Below are positions 1 through 11,582 of a stretch of DNA of 64,000 nt, piece by piece. The stretch comes from Aplysia californica (Eukaryota). The position numbers and the translations under genes are program-made. The stretch spans positions 2,041,281 to 2,105,280 of the forward strand of contig NW_004797315.1 of assembly GCF_000002075.1 (NCBI RefSeq). Reading direction: 5' to 3'. A model generated the notes under the pieces. That model was not told the DNA's origin, did not search any database, and saw only the letters and a list, made by a program, of their open reading frames with translations. Positions within the stretch are counted from its first letter, which is position 1. Each line of letters starts with the position of its first letter.

Positions 1-269
1 GAGTAACGCGCACCGATGTCATTGACCCACAGAATTCTACACTTAGTGTAGAATTCTGGGTATTGTCTCATTTGGTTTACGGTCTCTCGTTAGATCTACA
101 GTAGGGAGCAAAATACAATTTATTTCTAGTTCTTATAGAACCAAATTAAAAAAAAAAATTCAAAATAGTTATAGAATCTAGATCTAGATCTAGAACCTAG
201 ATCTAAATGGAAACTGTATCCAACTAGACAAGACAATAGGCTTAATTTTAAATTGTTTTTTGTGTCGTG

Positions 270-439
270 GAATAAACGGAAGTCGAGTTTTTTAAATATA
301 AGTTTCCGCATGCGCACTCAACTTAGTTACCTGCCGCTGTATTTTGCAGGAAATCCAAGTTCATCTAAACAAGGCGCACTTTACTTTAGGTTGGGATCTT
401 ACTGTTGCTATTTGCTTGTAAAAGTTCCATCAGAACAAA
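270..439 (+). promoter_or_regulatory. Putative DNAL4 proximal promoter / 5' UTR
   Basis: ETS-type CGGAAGT (278-284), NRF1-like CCGCATGCGC (306-315) and an RFX half-site-like GTTGCTAT (~404) lie immediately upstream of the DNAL4 ATG. Motif-only support. Confidence 0.4.
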
Positions 440-3400
440 ATGGCAGAAGCAACTGAAGAGAAGAAGGCGGATGCAGATTCCAAAAGAGTTCACACATATC
501 CTTTAATACGGGTAAGAATGATGGACTTTGAAATGTTTGTTTTAGACAAAAACGTGGCAAGACAAAGGAGAGACGATAAAAGGGCAGCTTCATTTATTCT
601 CTGTCAATATAGATATATCTATCAAATGTCATATGTGGTAAGCATAACTGGCACTCATGACGGTATTGTGTCCAACACTACTCATTACACGTTGTTGCTG
701 CTAGATTTAGCTCGATAAGTGAAATTATGTTTTGAAGTGATTAAAATTAAAGGGTAATGGATGCCTATTATTTGAATTTGAAGTATTACTATTATTGTTA
801 TAGTTTCTGACCGTCTGGAGTTTCTGTCTTGACAGGCACTGGTCAGTCAGTCACTGATAATGGTAGTCTAGTTCAATTTTTGTTGTAGAAGAGGTTACAC
901 TACCCCATTGCTAGAACCGTTTCTACCACTGTGTTGTAGAAATTCAATTAGTTAGGCCTAAAACTAATTCCTGTTTCCATACCCTTTACTTTTACATTTC
1001 ATTCAAAGAAAAAGTGCAACTCCATTTGGCTACCTTGCCTTACCAATGGGGCTGTGTTACAGTTTATTCTCCTGCCACCACTTTAAATGCTTGTTTGCTA
1101 TCATTAAGAGAGCTTTTTTATGCTTACTGTATTTTTGACACCTACAGGACTGCAGATGAGAATACTCACGAAGCCCGACTGATTCTCCAGGGCAGTAGAC
1201 AAATATTAAATAGGCCTCGTATTAAATAATGCTCGCGAGCAAATGTGAAAATGGCTTCTAAACAAAGGCCTGTCGATGTTTCCTGAAATGTATATATTTT
1301 GGCCACCTCTATTCTCACCCGGGGTGAGAATAGTGCAGGCGAGTCTTTTGGCTATTCTCACCCGGTGCGCGTTCACCGTTATAGCCTAGATCTAGGCCAA
1401 CAATTTTTGCGTTCACCCTAAACCACAGAATTCTACACTGTGATGACACAAAAATTGTAGAATTCTGTGCCGTGAACAAACGTTCCATTACAACTGTAGC
1501 CTACTAAAAGCGTACAATTTTGTCTGTGGGCAGTGGAGAGAAAGAGAGAGAGAACTTCCGGTCAAAACAAAATGGAGACCCGCGTAGTTCGGCTCGATTC
1601 AAAAAGTTAAATAGCCGTAGCATCTTTGTAGACAACCAAATTAATTTACTTTTGTGTTTTAACATCATTTTTTAACTTTGTTTTGGTCAATTTGATCGTC
1701 CACACCGATAGACAGTATTCAGAAAGAGAGAGAGAGAGGGGGGAGGAGTAGATCTTGCGAGAACTTCCGGGCAAAACAAAATGGCGACCCGCGTAGTTCG
1801 GCTCGATTCGAACAGTGAAATAGCCATAGCATCTTTGAAGACGATCAAATTAGCTTACTTTTGTGCTATAACGTAATTTTTTCTTGGCTTTTATCAATTT
1901 GATCATCCACACCGATAGACAGTATTCCAAAATGAGGAAAAGCAGGTCTTGTTTCGCACCGGGTGAGAATAGCCTGTGCTGGCAAGTCTCACCCGGGGTG
2001 AGAGGTAGATCGTTTTTCTATTCTCACCCCTGATGAGAATAGCCACTTCCATATATTTTTGCGTTAACTGAACCAGAAGTGACTCTTCCTGTCTCTACAA
2101 TTTGAACTTCTCTAATCTGAAGGAGGCCTGTATCAGGGGTCTTTATGCTGTCCTGCCCTACAAATCCAAGCACCCCATTTACTATTATACAGTACAAGCT
2201 GGGCCCCCTTTCGATGAAAGAAATGATCGGTGCTTTAGTATCAACTAAATGTCATTGGCCTACTATATTTATACTCTACTTGAATGGGACAATAAATCTT
2301 GAGAGATGCAAAAAAATTATAAGGTTTAGATATCTATATTCTCAAAACAGAATGCGCCTCGCGAAATATCACTTCCGGATTTTCTAAAATTATAGAGACA
2401 GAAGCACTGGCCTACAAAAGCGATCAGCGAAATAAAGAAATTTAGTTTTTTGCAGCAAAACTGTCTCTAAACCGAAAAAACGAAGGGCGTCATGCTCTGG
2501 AGAATCTTTTGGCGAAACCTGCATGTCAATCGATGCAGCCATTAAAAAGCCTTTTGAATAGCAAAATTCGGCCACCACCAATAGATAATAGATAACATGG
2601 ATAGCTCGAATTCGTCGGGACTGGCCTGCGTAGTTCAAGGGATCTGTAGTTCAAGGGATACGCGAACAGTGTTATGACATCGGCTGTGACAGAAAAATCA
2701 AGGAAAGCAAAAAAAATTGACAGATTGAGAATGAGAAACACGAAGAGCAACGCTTTTGAGTTCGATCGGTAATAAGCCCACCAGTACCAAGACAGTTTAA
2801 TTGCACGGTTCAATGTGAACGATTTTAAGTCTGCTCCAATCGAAGGATGCCGTCAAGCATGCAGTACTTTGCGAAGAGGGATGGGGCGGCCTATTGTGTG
2901 ATACACAACCCTTCACATGCCTCTAGACTGAGAGCCTAGGCATGGGAGTAAATTTTTACTTATGCACCCACACACAGATGCATTGATTTGAGGGCTAAAC
3001 TGCCTTAATTTTTGCTGTAGAACACACGTATGGCCACTAACAACCTTGCAAATCAATTGTTTTCTAGTAAATATCAATCCTAATTTCCAAAACATCAAAT
3101 CATTATATGCAGGGGGGGGCATGCCTGAAACCCCCCATGTTGTTAAATTCAAGTCAAATATTACTATTTTAAAACACCAATAACTCAATAACTGTTGATT
3201 TGCGGCAAAAATGAAAGCGATTGTATTCGTGTTCAGCATGCAAAATGCTACAGTCCGTGCCGGCTTTTAGCACGCCAGCTTAAAGCACGTTTCAGACTCA
3301 AGCATGCTAAACGGCTCTTACCGAATATTTGCTAAATAAATTACACACCTTTAAGCATGGTAACTTCGGCTTCAGGCTGGCTTCATTTACAACACAGTTA

Positions 3401-6400
3401 ATACTTTCATGATGACCCATCAAAGTTCAAGCACAGTCTACACCGCAGCAGTAGAGTGTGTTAAGAGAAGCACAAAGAACGCAAGTGATGGAGACACACA
3501 CTCACATGTGCGGAGAGGAAGGCAGAGAGATACACGCAGCCGTGCATGTGGACATACGATCTAGCCTAGGGCAAAGTTACACACAGACGAAAAAATACAA
3601 AAAGAGTCGGGGACATGAGAAAGGGAGGCTGGCTGCGATTTCATCTTTGCCCCTCGCTATCCGATAATCCTGATTATGTATCATGCGCGAGGTGGGATGA
3701 AGGGGGAGGTATGAATTATGAATGTGGCTCAGCAGGCAGTGGTACGCACAGGCAGTGTGTAGGTACTACAAACTGAAATTTCAAAGTCCTCTGATTTCAT
3801 AGTTAACTGCCCAACCTTATAGAATTTATCATTCTGAGCATTTTGATACCAAATTTATACATGTAGCTTCATTTTTAACAAAGTTATGAACATCTGAAGT
3901 TGCAGAAAAATGTTATAGTTTTTTAATTGCGAAATGTCTGCACTTTGAAATGTCACAACATTCTTAAATTTGAATGGACATTCACAAAAACTTGTAGACA
4001 CACACCTATGCACATAGAGAACTAGCCGAATTTTTTTCAGGGCTATCAAATAACCAGAAGATGGAAATTTATTGACGTACATGCCTTTTTGACTAAAATG
4101 GCAAGAAATACAGGGGGGGGGGGGGGGTTAAAATCACCACTCGCGACCACCGGCCTATTGGCTGCGCGTCGGGCCGCGCTGAAGGGAAGGAGAGAGAATT
4201 TATACAAAACCAGGGCGATGGTGCCCTGCTTGCGAGCCGACGGGGAGCATTCGGTATTTATTTGGGTATAATAGCTGTGTTATTCTTGAAGAGGAATGAA
4301 TGGGCTTTCTGCCGATATGTTTCCGTAGTCAGTCCTATCACTGGTTCCATAAAAAACAGCACCGAAAGTTTTCACTCGCAAATCTCTTCTATTAATTCTT
4401 TAAGGACAGTCTTTAGAAATATATCACCGGAAAGAGCGTCTTCTCATCTTGAAAAATTGACGAATCAGATTGCAGTATTTAATACCATACGCTCCCCGCT
4501 CCTGTTCAACCGAGGTCACTCAAAAAATCAATACACGAAACGCGCGGCCGCGACAGTGAAAACCTCGATAGTGTTGTCTTTTATCCCGCAAGATTTTGCT
4601 TTCAAAAGAATCGTTGATTCAAATAAATAATACTACTACAAAGAGGAAAAGCTCCTCTTTCTTCTGATATATCAAATGTCTGTGTATGCATGATGACACG
4701 GTGTTTTAGGAGGGTAAAAATATGGGTTTTGGTCTCCGTGACAGTACGCCACAGGGGCGCACGGCCAGTTTTGCGGTACCGACAGTTGTTCTTGTTTCAT
4801 GAAGCAACATCCCTGCACTCCGGACATGTCCATTGATGCTCCGTTGCTCTCTCCAAAATGTTGCCGAGGGTCCCTCTACTGATTGTGCCAGTGCACATCT
4901 GGTTGAACGTTCTTCTGTTCTTTCCTGCAAGGATGCCAGATTTTCCGCTTCCTTTTTTTATTCCCAAAAGCATCATCCTCTCCACGGCAGTACTGGCCTC
5001 TGCCTCCCTATCCTCCTCCTCAATCAGTTGGCGAGAAAGACATTTCAGGATCTCGACCCTATCTGGTTGAACCGTATTGTCAACTAAGGTGGCCTCACCA
5101 GCCAATCTGTCGGCTTTTTCATTTCCCCTAACACCTGCATGGCCAGGGCAGAAAATCCATGTGAGCGATCATATAGGCGTTGGTTCGATAGCCTGAATCC
5201 ATTCCGACAGTGTGTAAGCCTAGTGTGCTGTATCGTGACTGGCCGTCGAAATTAAGTTTTCTTTTCCCTTTCAACCACAAAACAAAACAAACAAAAACTA
5301 CTATGGCAGGTCAAAATGACAGCGCACACTTTTGCACGACCACTACTTGCAAACAAAGGGAATAGCTCGGGAAATTTTCTGCATAAAAGTCTCTGGTTTA
5401 TGACAATGTTTACTTCGCACTCAAGCACGCTTCGGCATTAAGCACGCTTGTGCTTTCTCCCAATGACCGTGCTTAAAGCCAGCATGGACTGTACTAGAAA
5501 AAAAGTATATGAGACGGATGCTTAAGTAAAAAATAACACAGCTAGCTTCTTCTTTGGTGGGGGAAAGGTGGTATTTTACCAACCTTGCCCTTTTCAGTTT
5601 GTAAAAATATTATCATTATTTTTCTCAAATGCACCTAAAAAGGACATTGACTTTAGACCTCTATGGTGGCCTGATTCGTTCGACTTTTCCTTGTTTGTGT
5701 TCGAGCTTCGCATATTTTCTTACAAAGAGATAAACAAGACGTAAAAAACGGGACTGCAGGCACATTTCGACGGATGCGTGATTTTGAGTCTTCTATGTTC
5801 GACCTATCCGTGTTACACTGTGATGAGTTCGCACATTTTAATCAAGCTCTATGCCTGCAAACAATCAAACAAAGCAGGGGTGCAGTGAGAGCAACCTATA
5901 GGGAAAACCTGAACAGATGGGTGATAGGGAAAGATAATATATGTGAGGCTTCGTGGAAAAATCAGGCGCTCGTCAAAATAATGAAACAAATTTTAATTTC
6001 AGTTTATAGGGACTACTCTCGGGCTACAGAAGGTGCCAAACTTTGGCGGCCATTTTCTCGCTAATTTTACTTCTGAAACCAGGTGACCCTGACCTCCTTC
6101 AATCGCAAATATTTTGACTTCTTTTCAAGATAGATGGATTTTTTTAACCAAAAAGAAGGCAAATGAACAGGATTTAAGATGGTACCAATAACCCATATGC
6201 CTAAAAATTGGTGAGCGCCTGATTACACCAAGTCGTGACACATAAATATATAGGTGCTTTTTTTTTTTTTAGCATCTTAACAGAATTAATGGTGAACCAT
6301 GATCGTCAATGTCTGTTACAGATGTGGCACTTTTTAATAATGATGACTGCCAATCAAAGTTTGGAAATGTATAATAATTAAAATTCACGTAGTTGTCAAA

Positions 6401-9400
6401 AGTTTTGAATGTACAGTCAGTTGACAGTTGCAATTCTTTGGCCGAAGATATTAGGAGACGTCTCCGCTGAGCACCCAGGGGCTATTGGGGCTGCACACAG
6501 ATGCACTGCTTTTGGGGTCAAACTGTTTATTGTTTGCTGCAGATCACACAGCATAGCCACTAAAACTGTCACAAATCAATTATTTTCAAGAAAATTTCAA
6601 ACCTAACTGCAAAGTATCAAATTATTGGTTAAACCCCCAAATTTTTTTTACTTGGTCCAGAGGCTCAAAGCATTTTGATTGGTCTGTCTCTGTCGGAGAC
6701 GTCTCCGGATAAATACTGTGCAATTATTTCTTTGTCAGTGTTTCTGTCAGGGTCATCAAAAAGCTTAGCTAAAATGTAAGGCTTTTAAAATATTATGGTA
6801 CTGGGTAAAAAAAGAGATTTAAATTCATCATACAGTTTAGCATGCACATAGTGAAATCAGCGGGATGCATAAATCTTTTTTGCTTTGTATGAATTTCAGG
6901 CTAATATCAATGTTTGCCTGCGTTTATCACACACATCAGTTGGCCTGCACACTGTATAATGTGACACTAGGATAACGAATGTTCGGTACATCTGTCTTGT
7001 GAACTTCGGTTGGTCATGACTTATTGTCTGTGCGAAGCTAGTTCCCACACACATGAGCACATACAGCTCATATCACTGGCTTTGGGCCTTCTCACTTCTC
7101 TTGCCTAGTGCAGAACACAGCTAAGTAACAGACACAAGTTTATAGTAGTGTGTCTGTGCTGATCTCCTCTTTCTTGTGTTCCGTGCGACTGTTTGATAGA
7201 TTTAGAAAGCTGACAATCTGAAACAGAAAACACAATGTGTACCCTGAAACTCAAATTACTGAAAGACGAACATGATAAAAAGCTAACAAAACTTATATCG
7301 CTATTGTTTATAGTTTAAGTAGGCCTATTTCATGTGTTGATAAATAGACTTTGCATTATAATGTTTATCATTGATGTTACTTTTGTGTTTATTGCAGCAT
7401 TCTGACATGAATGATGAAATGAAGACAGAGGCAATGGAGTTGTGTGTCACTGCTTGTGAGAAGTTTGCTACAAATAATGAGGTGAGTAGGCTGCTTAGCA
7501 ATATATCATGAATGGATCACCAGTTGGTTTTCATATATGCAGGATGTTTAGGATCTCACAGGATCCAAAATACACGTCTAAAGTCTCATGCCCCTTAAAG
7601 ACAAACGGCAAACTCTGGCAGTGTTATTACTTGTATATATAGAGCTTTTTTATGTAGCGACACATAGGCCTACTTTGATCGGGTGATTTTTATTAAAATG
7701 CTAGAGACCTTAGTACTTATTCATATGATCGTAAAATATTTAGACTGAACAGTGCTCAAGCACATGATCAGACGCCATTCTGTGCTACTAAATTAACTGA
7801 TAATAGTCATGGTGCAGTTTATATCTCCTGGTTTGATCATGATAATTGTAGTGAGGAAATGGTCTCTGTAAATTAATTTTTAATGTTTTAAGCCCCTTTT
7901 GACCCGGGCTGCGTGGGGTACAGCATCTCAGTAGATAACTTAGATACCGATGTAATACCTCTCAGTCTCAGAACAGGAAAATTGAACTCAGGTCTTCTCG
8001 GTGCAATGTCAAAGAGTCAAACCATTACAACAAGACATGGTAATGTGTCACAAAAGCCTATCCTGACCAGTGAAAGTAGTATTGGTATTGATTTTGATAG
8101 GTGACCAGTACCTTGGTACCCTGAAGGGTTGAAGCTAATTTAACTAATTATTATTTTATTAATAAAATAATGTTTTTGCTAGTATTCTGTGGCCACTTTG
8201 GATATGATGTATGATTCATAATTTGGTGAATTGGTTAGGTGAAATGTCACACAGGTTTTCACTTCTGTTTATGTGAACTTGGAATATCTTTTTATCTGCA
8301 AGTCATCATCAGAGGCCATCATATTCATGTTTTGGAGTCAGATTTGACAAATAGACAACACATAATTCAATATGCTTTACTTTCGTTTGGTAATTTATTC
8401 GTTTTCTGGAAGTGTATTTTTTTCTTCTGAATTTTGAGCTTTAATCAAACTCAAACCCTCTTCTTTGAAAAATGTTAATCGGGGAAAGCCCAATTCATTT
8501 TAGAAAATGTAAGAGCACTTGCAGAGTTAACAGTACAATTACCCATGCTGAATTAAAATATGTGTTCAACTCCTAATTCTGATTACCCTGAGAATGTCCA
8601 CAATTCCTGATTCGACTCCGTCATGATGTATAAATTAATACTTTGATTCCTCAAGTGATGTTTCCTCTCATCTTGTTTGATGTTGATACAGCAGTGGAAG
8701 TGATTCTGGCCAGACTACTGTGTTTTTCCCATCCAGCCATGTTTGGCCACAGCAATGGCTATAAAAAGAAAGTAAAATTTTTCAGCCTTGGTGTAGAGAT
8801 GAAAAAAAAACGTGTACAGTCAGTGTGGGTCTAGTTTCTCACGGCCCATTGAATATGTAGGCCTATACCCATGTCAAGGTACAGTCAAAATTGTCCAAGA
8901 CAGCTACCCATTGTCAAGGAGAAAAGTGGTTGTCTTAGACCGGTGTACATTTTGGACACTGTCATTATAGTGTACAGTGTTGCCTCTCTATAACGACATC
9001 GGCGGGAACAGAAAATAATGTCATTATAGAGAGACAACCAAAAATGTTACTAATGATAAATAAGGAAAAAATCGGGACCTGGGCACCATGTCGCTATATT
9101 ATACAGAGGATGTCGTTATAGCGAAGGTCTTAAAAGAGAGGCTGTACTGGAATAGAAAAACAATGCAATTGAGGAAGTGTGCAGAGGTCATTTGTACAGA
9201 TGGCTGTCTTGAACAGGTGGACGCTGGAGCAGTTTCAACTGTACTCACTGATGACTGCAAGCACCTATTGTGCAGTTGAAGAGTTTTTGTGTTTTACATC
9301 GTGTGGATAAACTTTACTTCCACTAATATTTCATCTCTGCTAGTCTTTGTATTCCCCCCAACCTTGTGTCTTTCATCTTCTACAACATAGATAATCATAA

Positions 9401-9635
9401 GATAGTATTCATTGTGTTTGAGCAGAGATGCTGCTAACCTGACTAACTTTGTATGTTTTGCTGGTTTCAGAACGCTGCAAAGATGATCAAAGACACGATG
9501 GACAAAAAGTTTGGGGCATCCTGGCATGCAGTTGTTGGTGAAGGCTATGGATTTGAAATTACCCATGAAGTGAAAAATCTGCTGTACATGTTTTTTGGTG
9601 GGAATATGGCAATTATTGTTTGGAAGTGCTCTTGA
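440..9635 (+). CDS. DNAL4: Dynein axonemal light chain 4 (106 aa); coding exons 440-511, 7398-7481, 9471-9635
   Basis: Spliced product MAEATEEKKADADSKRVHTYPLIR|HSDMNDEMKTEAMELCVTACEKFATNNE|NAAKMIKDTMDKKFGASWHAVVGEGYGFEITHEVKNLLYMFFGGNMAIIVWKCS. Both introns are GT-AG, phase 0. Matches the DNAL4 dynein light-chain signature including C-terminal WKCS. AATAAA at 9952. Confidence 0.96.
1301..2050. mobile_element. MULE-like non-autonomous element (family A, copy 1)
   Basis: 9-bp TSD ATATATTTT (1292-1300 / 2051-2059), GG..CC termini, repeated palindromic CTATTCTCACCC/GGGTGAGAATAG units at both ends and an internal ~230-bp duplication. Second copy at 38475-39477. Confidence 0.8.
3251..5491. mobile_element. 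Tc1/mariner-pogo-type non-autonomous element with nested insertions
   Basis: 24-bp TIR CAGTCCGTGCCGGCTTTTAGCACG / CGTGCTTAAAGCCAGCATGGACTG (3 mismatches), flanked by TA on both sides. Confidence 0.7.
4790..5235 (-). mobile_element. 3' fragment of an RNase H-containing non-LTR retrotransposon (I-group/Ingi-like)
   Basis: Minus strand reads WIFCPGHAGVR(fs)NEKADRLAGEA, an RNase H C-terminal motif, then ...RRTFNQMCTGTIS...EHQWTCPEC. Frameshifted. Confidence 0.7.
5943..6241. mobile_element. Sola-like MITE (related to 13907-14340)
   Basis: GTG..CAC termini, degenerate TIR containing AATCAGGCGCTC, ATAT/ATAA flanks. Internal similarity to 13907-14340. Confidence 0.6.
8975..9149. mobile_element. pogo/Tigger-type MITE (related copy ~12480-12683)
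   Basis: TA-CAGTG start, TIR CAGTGTTGCCTCTCT / AGAGAGGCTGTACTG. Shares GGACCTGGGCACCATGTCGCTATA with the 12.5-kb copy. Confidence 0.6.
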
Positions 9636-10585
9636 AGATATGGCATAGGTAATTTACTTTTTGTTCCTTTTCCCACCCTGTTTGGAAAACTAATCTATTT
9701 TTTTCACTGCTGATTACTATTACAATACTTAACTTCCACTGGTCTTGAAAGTTCTTGTATTATATACATTGTCATTATATTGACTGAAACTGAAAGGATG
9801 TCTCTTCGGTGAATTATTTATTCAGGGACTTTTTTTTTTACCGTGAGATTGTGTTGGGGTTGTGTCTTGATTTAAAAATTGATGAATAGGCCTACATTAG
9901 TTAAAACCAATTTTGTTATTTGGATGCAATCTCATGAACTCTATTATAATGAATAAATCTTCAAGAAAAAACAGCATTGCAATGTAATTAATCGTTTAAA
10001 TTAGATTTAATAGAGTTCACTGCTTCAAGAATTTACCTGGCCATTGAGTGGCGAGAATCAACTTTTCTTTTTGTATTACTTACGTTTATATGGAAAATGG
10101 ACCAAATATAGTTCCTTTTTATTGGTTGTGTTTTTACCACTGTAGCCAAACATTCCGTCCTTTGCTCTCAGTGCCTGTAAGTTGTTCTGTATGTGTGGCT
10201 GTGAATGTGTGCGTGCGTGCGTGCGTGTGTGGCGTTGCTGTCAGCAGATGTTTGTTAATGTTGTGGCCTTTTTTTTTTTTCTTGGACTGTTGTGGAAGAT
10301 AATGTGAGCACAGAATGAGAAAAGAATGAAAGATGAAATGTTTCATGGATAAAAAGTAATAAACAAAATAAAATTATGATGACATCTTGTTTTTTAGGTC
10401 TAAAATATGATTATATTTACATTCCTTTTCTTTTCTTTTCTTTTCTTTTTTTTGGGGGGGAGGGGGCAGGGTGGCTCCGGTTTCCTCTCACTTTCACAGT
10501 AGGCCTATGTTTCAAAGAGTGGAATGAGAAGTCTGTTCTGTGCACTTCTATATTGGATCAACCACACAACAGCACAGATGGAAGT

Positions 10586-10772
10586 GTGGGTGGTTGGCGG
10601 GTGCTCTAGTGTGGTTTTCTCCTTCTTTCCTATCAAACATCTATCGTCCTGATCTCTCCTTTTTTTGTGTGTTTGTTACTCTCCTGTAACACCTCTAATC
10701 TTCGGCATTTATATGACCTTATTGTGTTGCAAGTGCTGTAAAACTCTTACCAAAATTTAAAAAACCAAAAAA
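10586..10772 (+). mobile_element. Short retroposon family R1 (~185 bp); other copies 24993-25174, 43751-43933, ~52790-52964, 61277-61454
   Basis: TSD ACAGATGGAAGT on both sides, shared 5' end TGGGTGGTTGGCGGGTGCTC, 3' hairpin CGGCA(C/T)TT..ATGACCTTA..AAGTGC(C/T)G and an A-rich/(ACTAAA)n tail. Confidence 0.75.
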
Positions 10773-10785
10773 ACAGATGGAAGTA

Positions 10786-10924
10786 CAGTGGACTCTGCTT
10801 AAACCGAAATCTGCAGGACCACCAGGGTTGTTTTTTTTTCAGTTTAGAAAGGTTGATCAAATAGAAGGGGAAAAAAATTGGGATTTTATTTTCTCTTGGT
10901 TAACCACTGTTGCAGATTCCACTG
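10786..10924. mobile_element. pogo/Tigger-type MITE (related copies 13386-13542, 53740-53916)
   Basis: TA-CAGTGGA...TCCACTG-TA termini with a shared internal AAACC(G/A)AAATCTGC segment. Confidence 0.6.
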
Positions 10925-11124
10925 TATCTAGTTAAGTGTATGGATTTAACTCCCCCTATCAACACTATTAGGTTATTTCTGAGGTGGGACCTCTGATTTT
11001 AACCCCCGTCTCCAACAGGACAGAGCCAAATGAGCTGACAGCCTTGGAGACTCCACAAAAAGACCCGAGTCGAAGAATGCCTAATCTGGGATTTGAACCA
11101 GGGCCATCTATACAAAATATGCTA

Positions 11125-11582
11125 CAGTGGAACTCCGATTCAACAAAGTCGTCGGGCTTGACTTTCAATTTCATTGAAGCCGAGAGTGTTATAGCAAACA
11201 TGAGGTTTTTTTTCTTATATATAGATATTACAGGCACCAAGCAAGTAATGTATAACGGGAAGTAACAAGTCGTAGGCTACCCTGAAATGCCTGCTTTTTG
11301 CCTCTTTTCTACTTCTTCAATTAAAAATAGTTACGTTTAAAAACGAGAGGCAAATTGTTTCTTTGGTGCCATACTGAAGAAATCATTGTGACAGACTGCC
11401 ATGCAAAGCGTACGGATCGGATTAACGAGTAAATTTCCTCTTTGGAAAGTGGTGGCATAGAGTTCCCCATGCCGTATGGATATGATAGTAAAACACGGCG
11501 TACAAATAGGGTTAATGAATTCTTTTTTTAAAAACCCAAAAACGAGGAATCTGTTTCCTTTCGTTGAATCCGAGTTCCACTG
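11125..11582. mobile_element. pogo/Tigger-type MITE
   Basis: TIR CAGTGGAACTCCGATTCAAC / GTTGAATCCGAGTTCCACTG with TA TSD. Confidence 0.75.

Noticed and set aside
4262-4630. 122-aa ORF and other short ORF-track calls in introns
   Set aside because: Non-ATG starts or no recognisable domain, and they lie within non-coding TE sequence.
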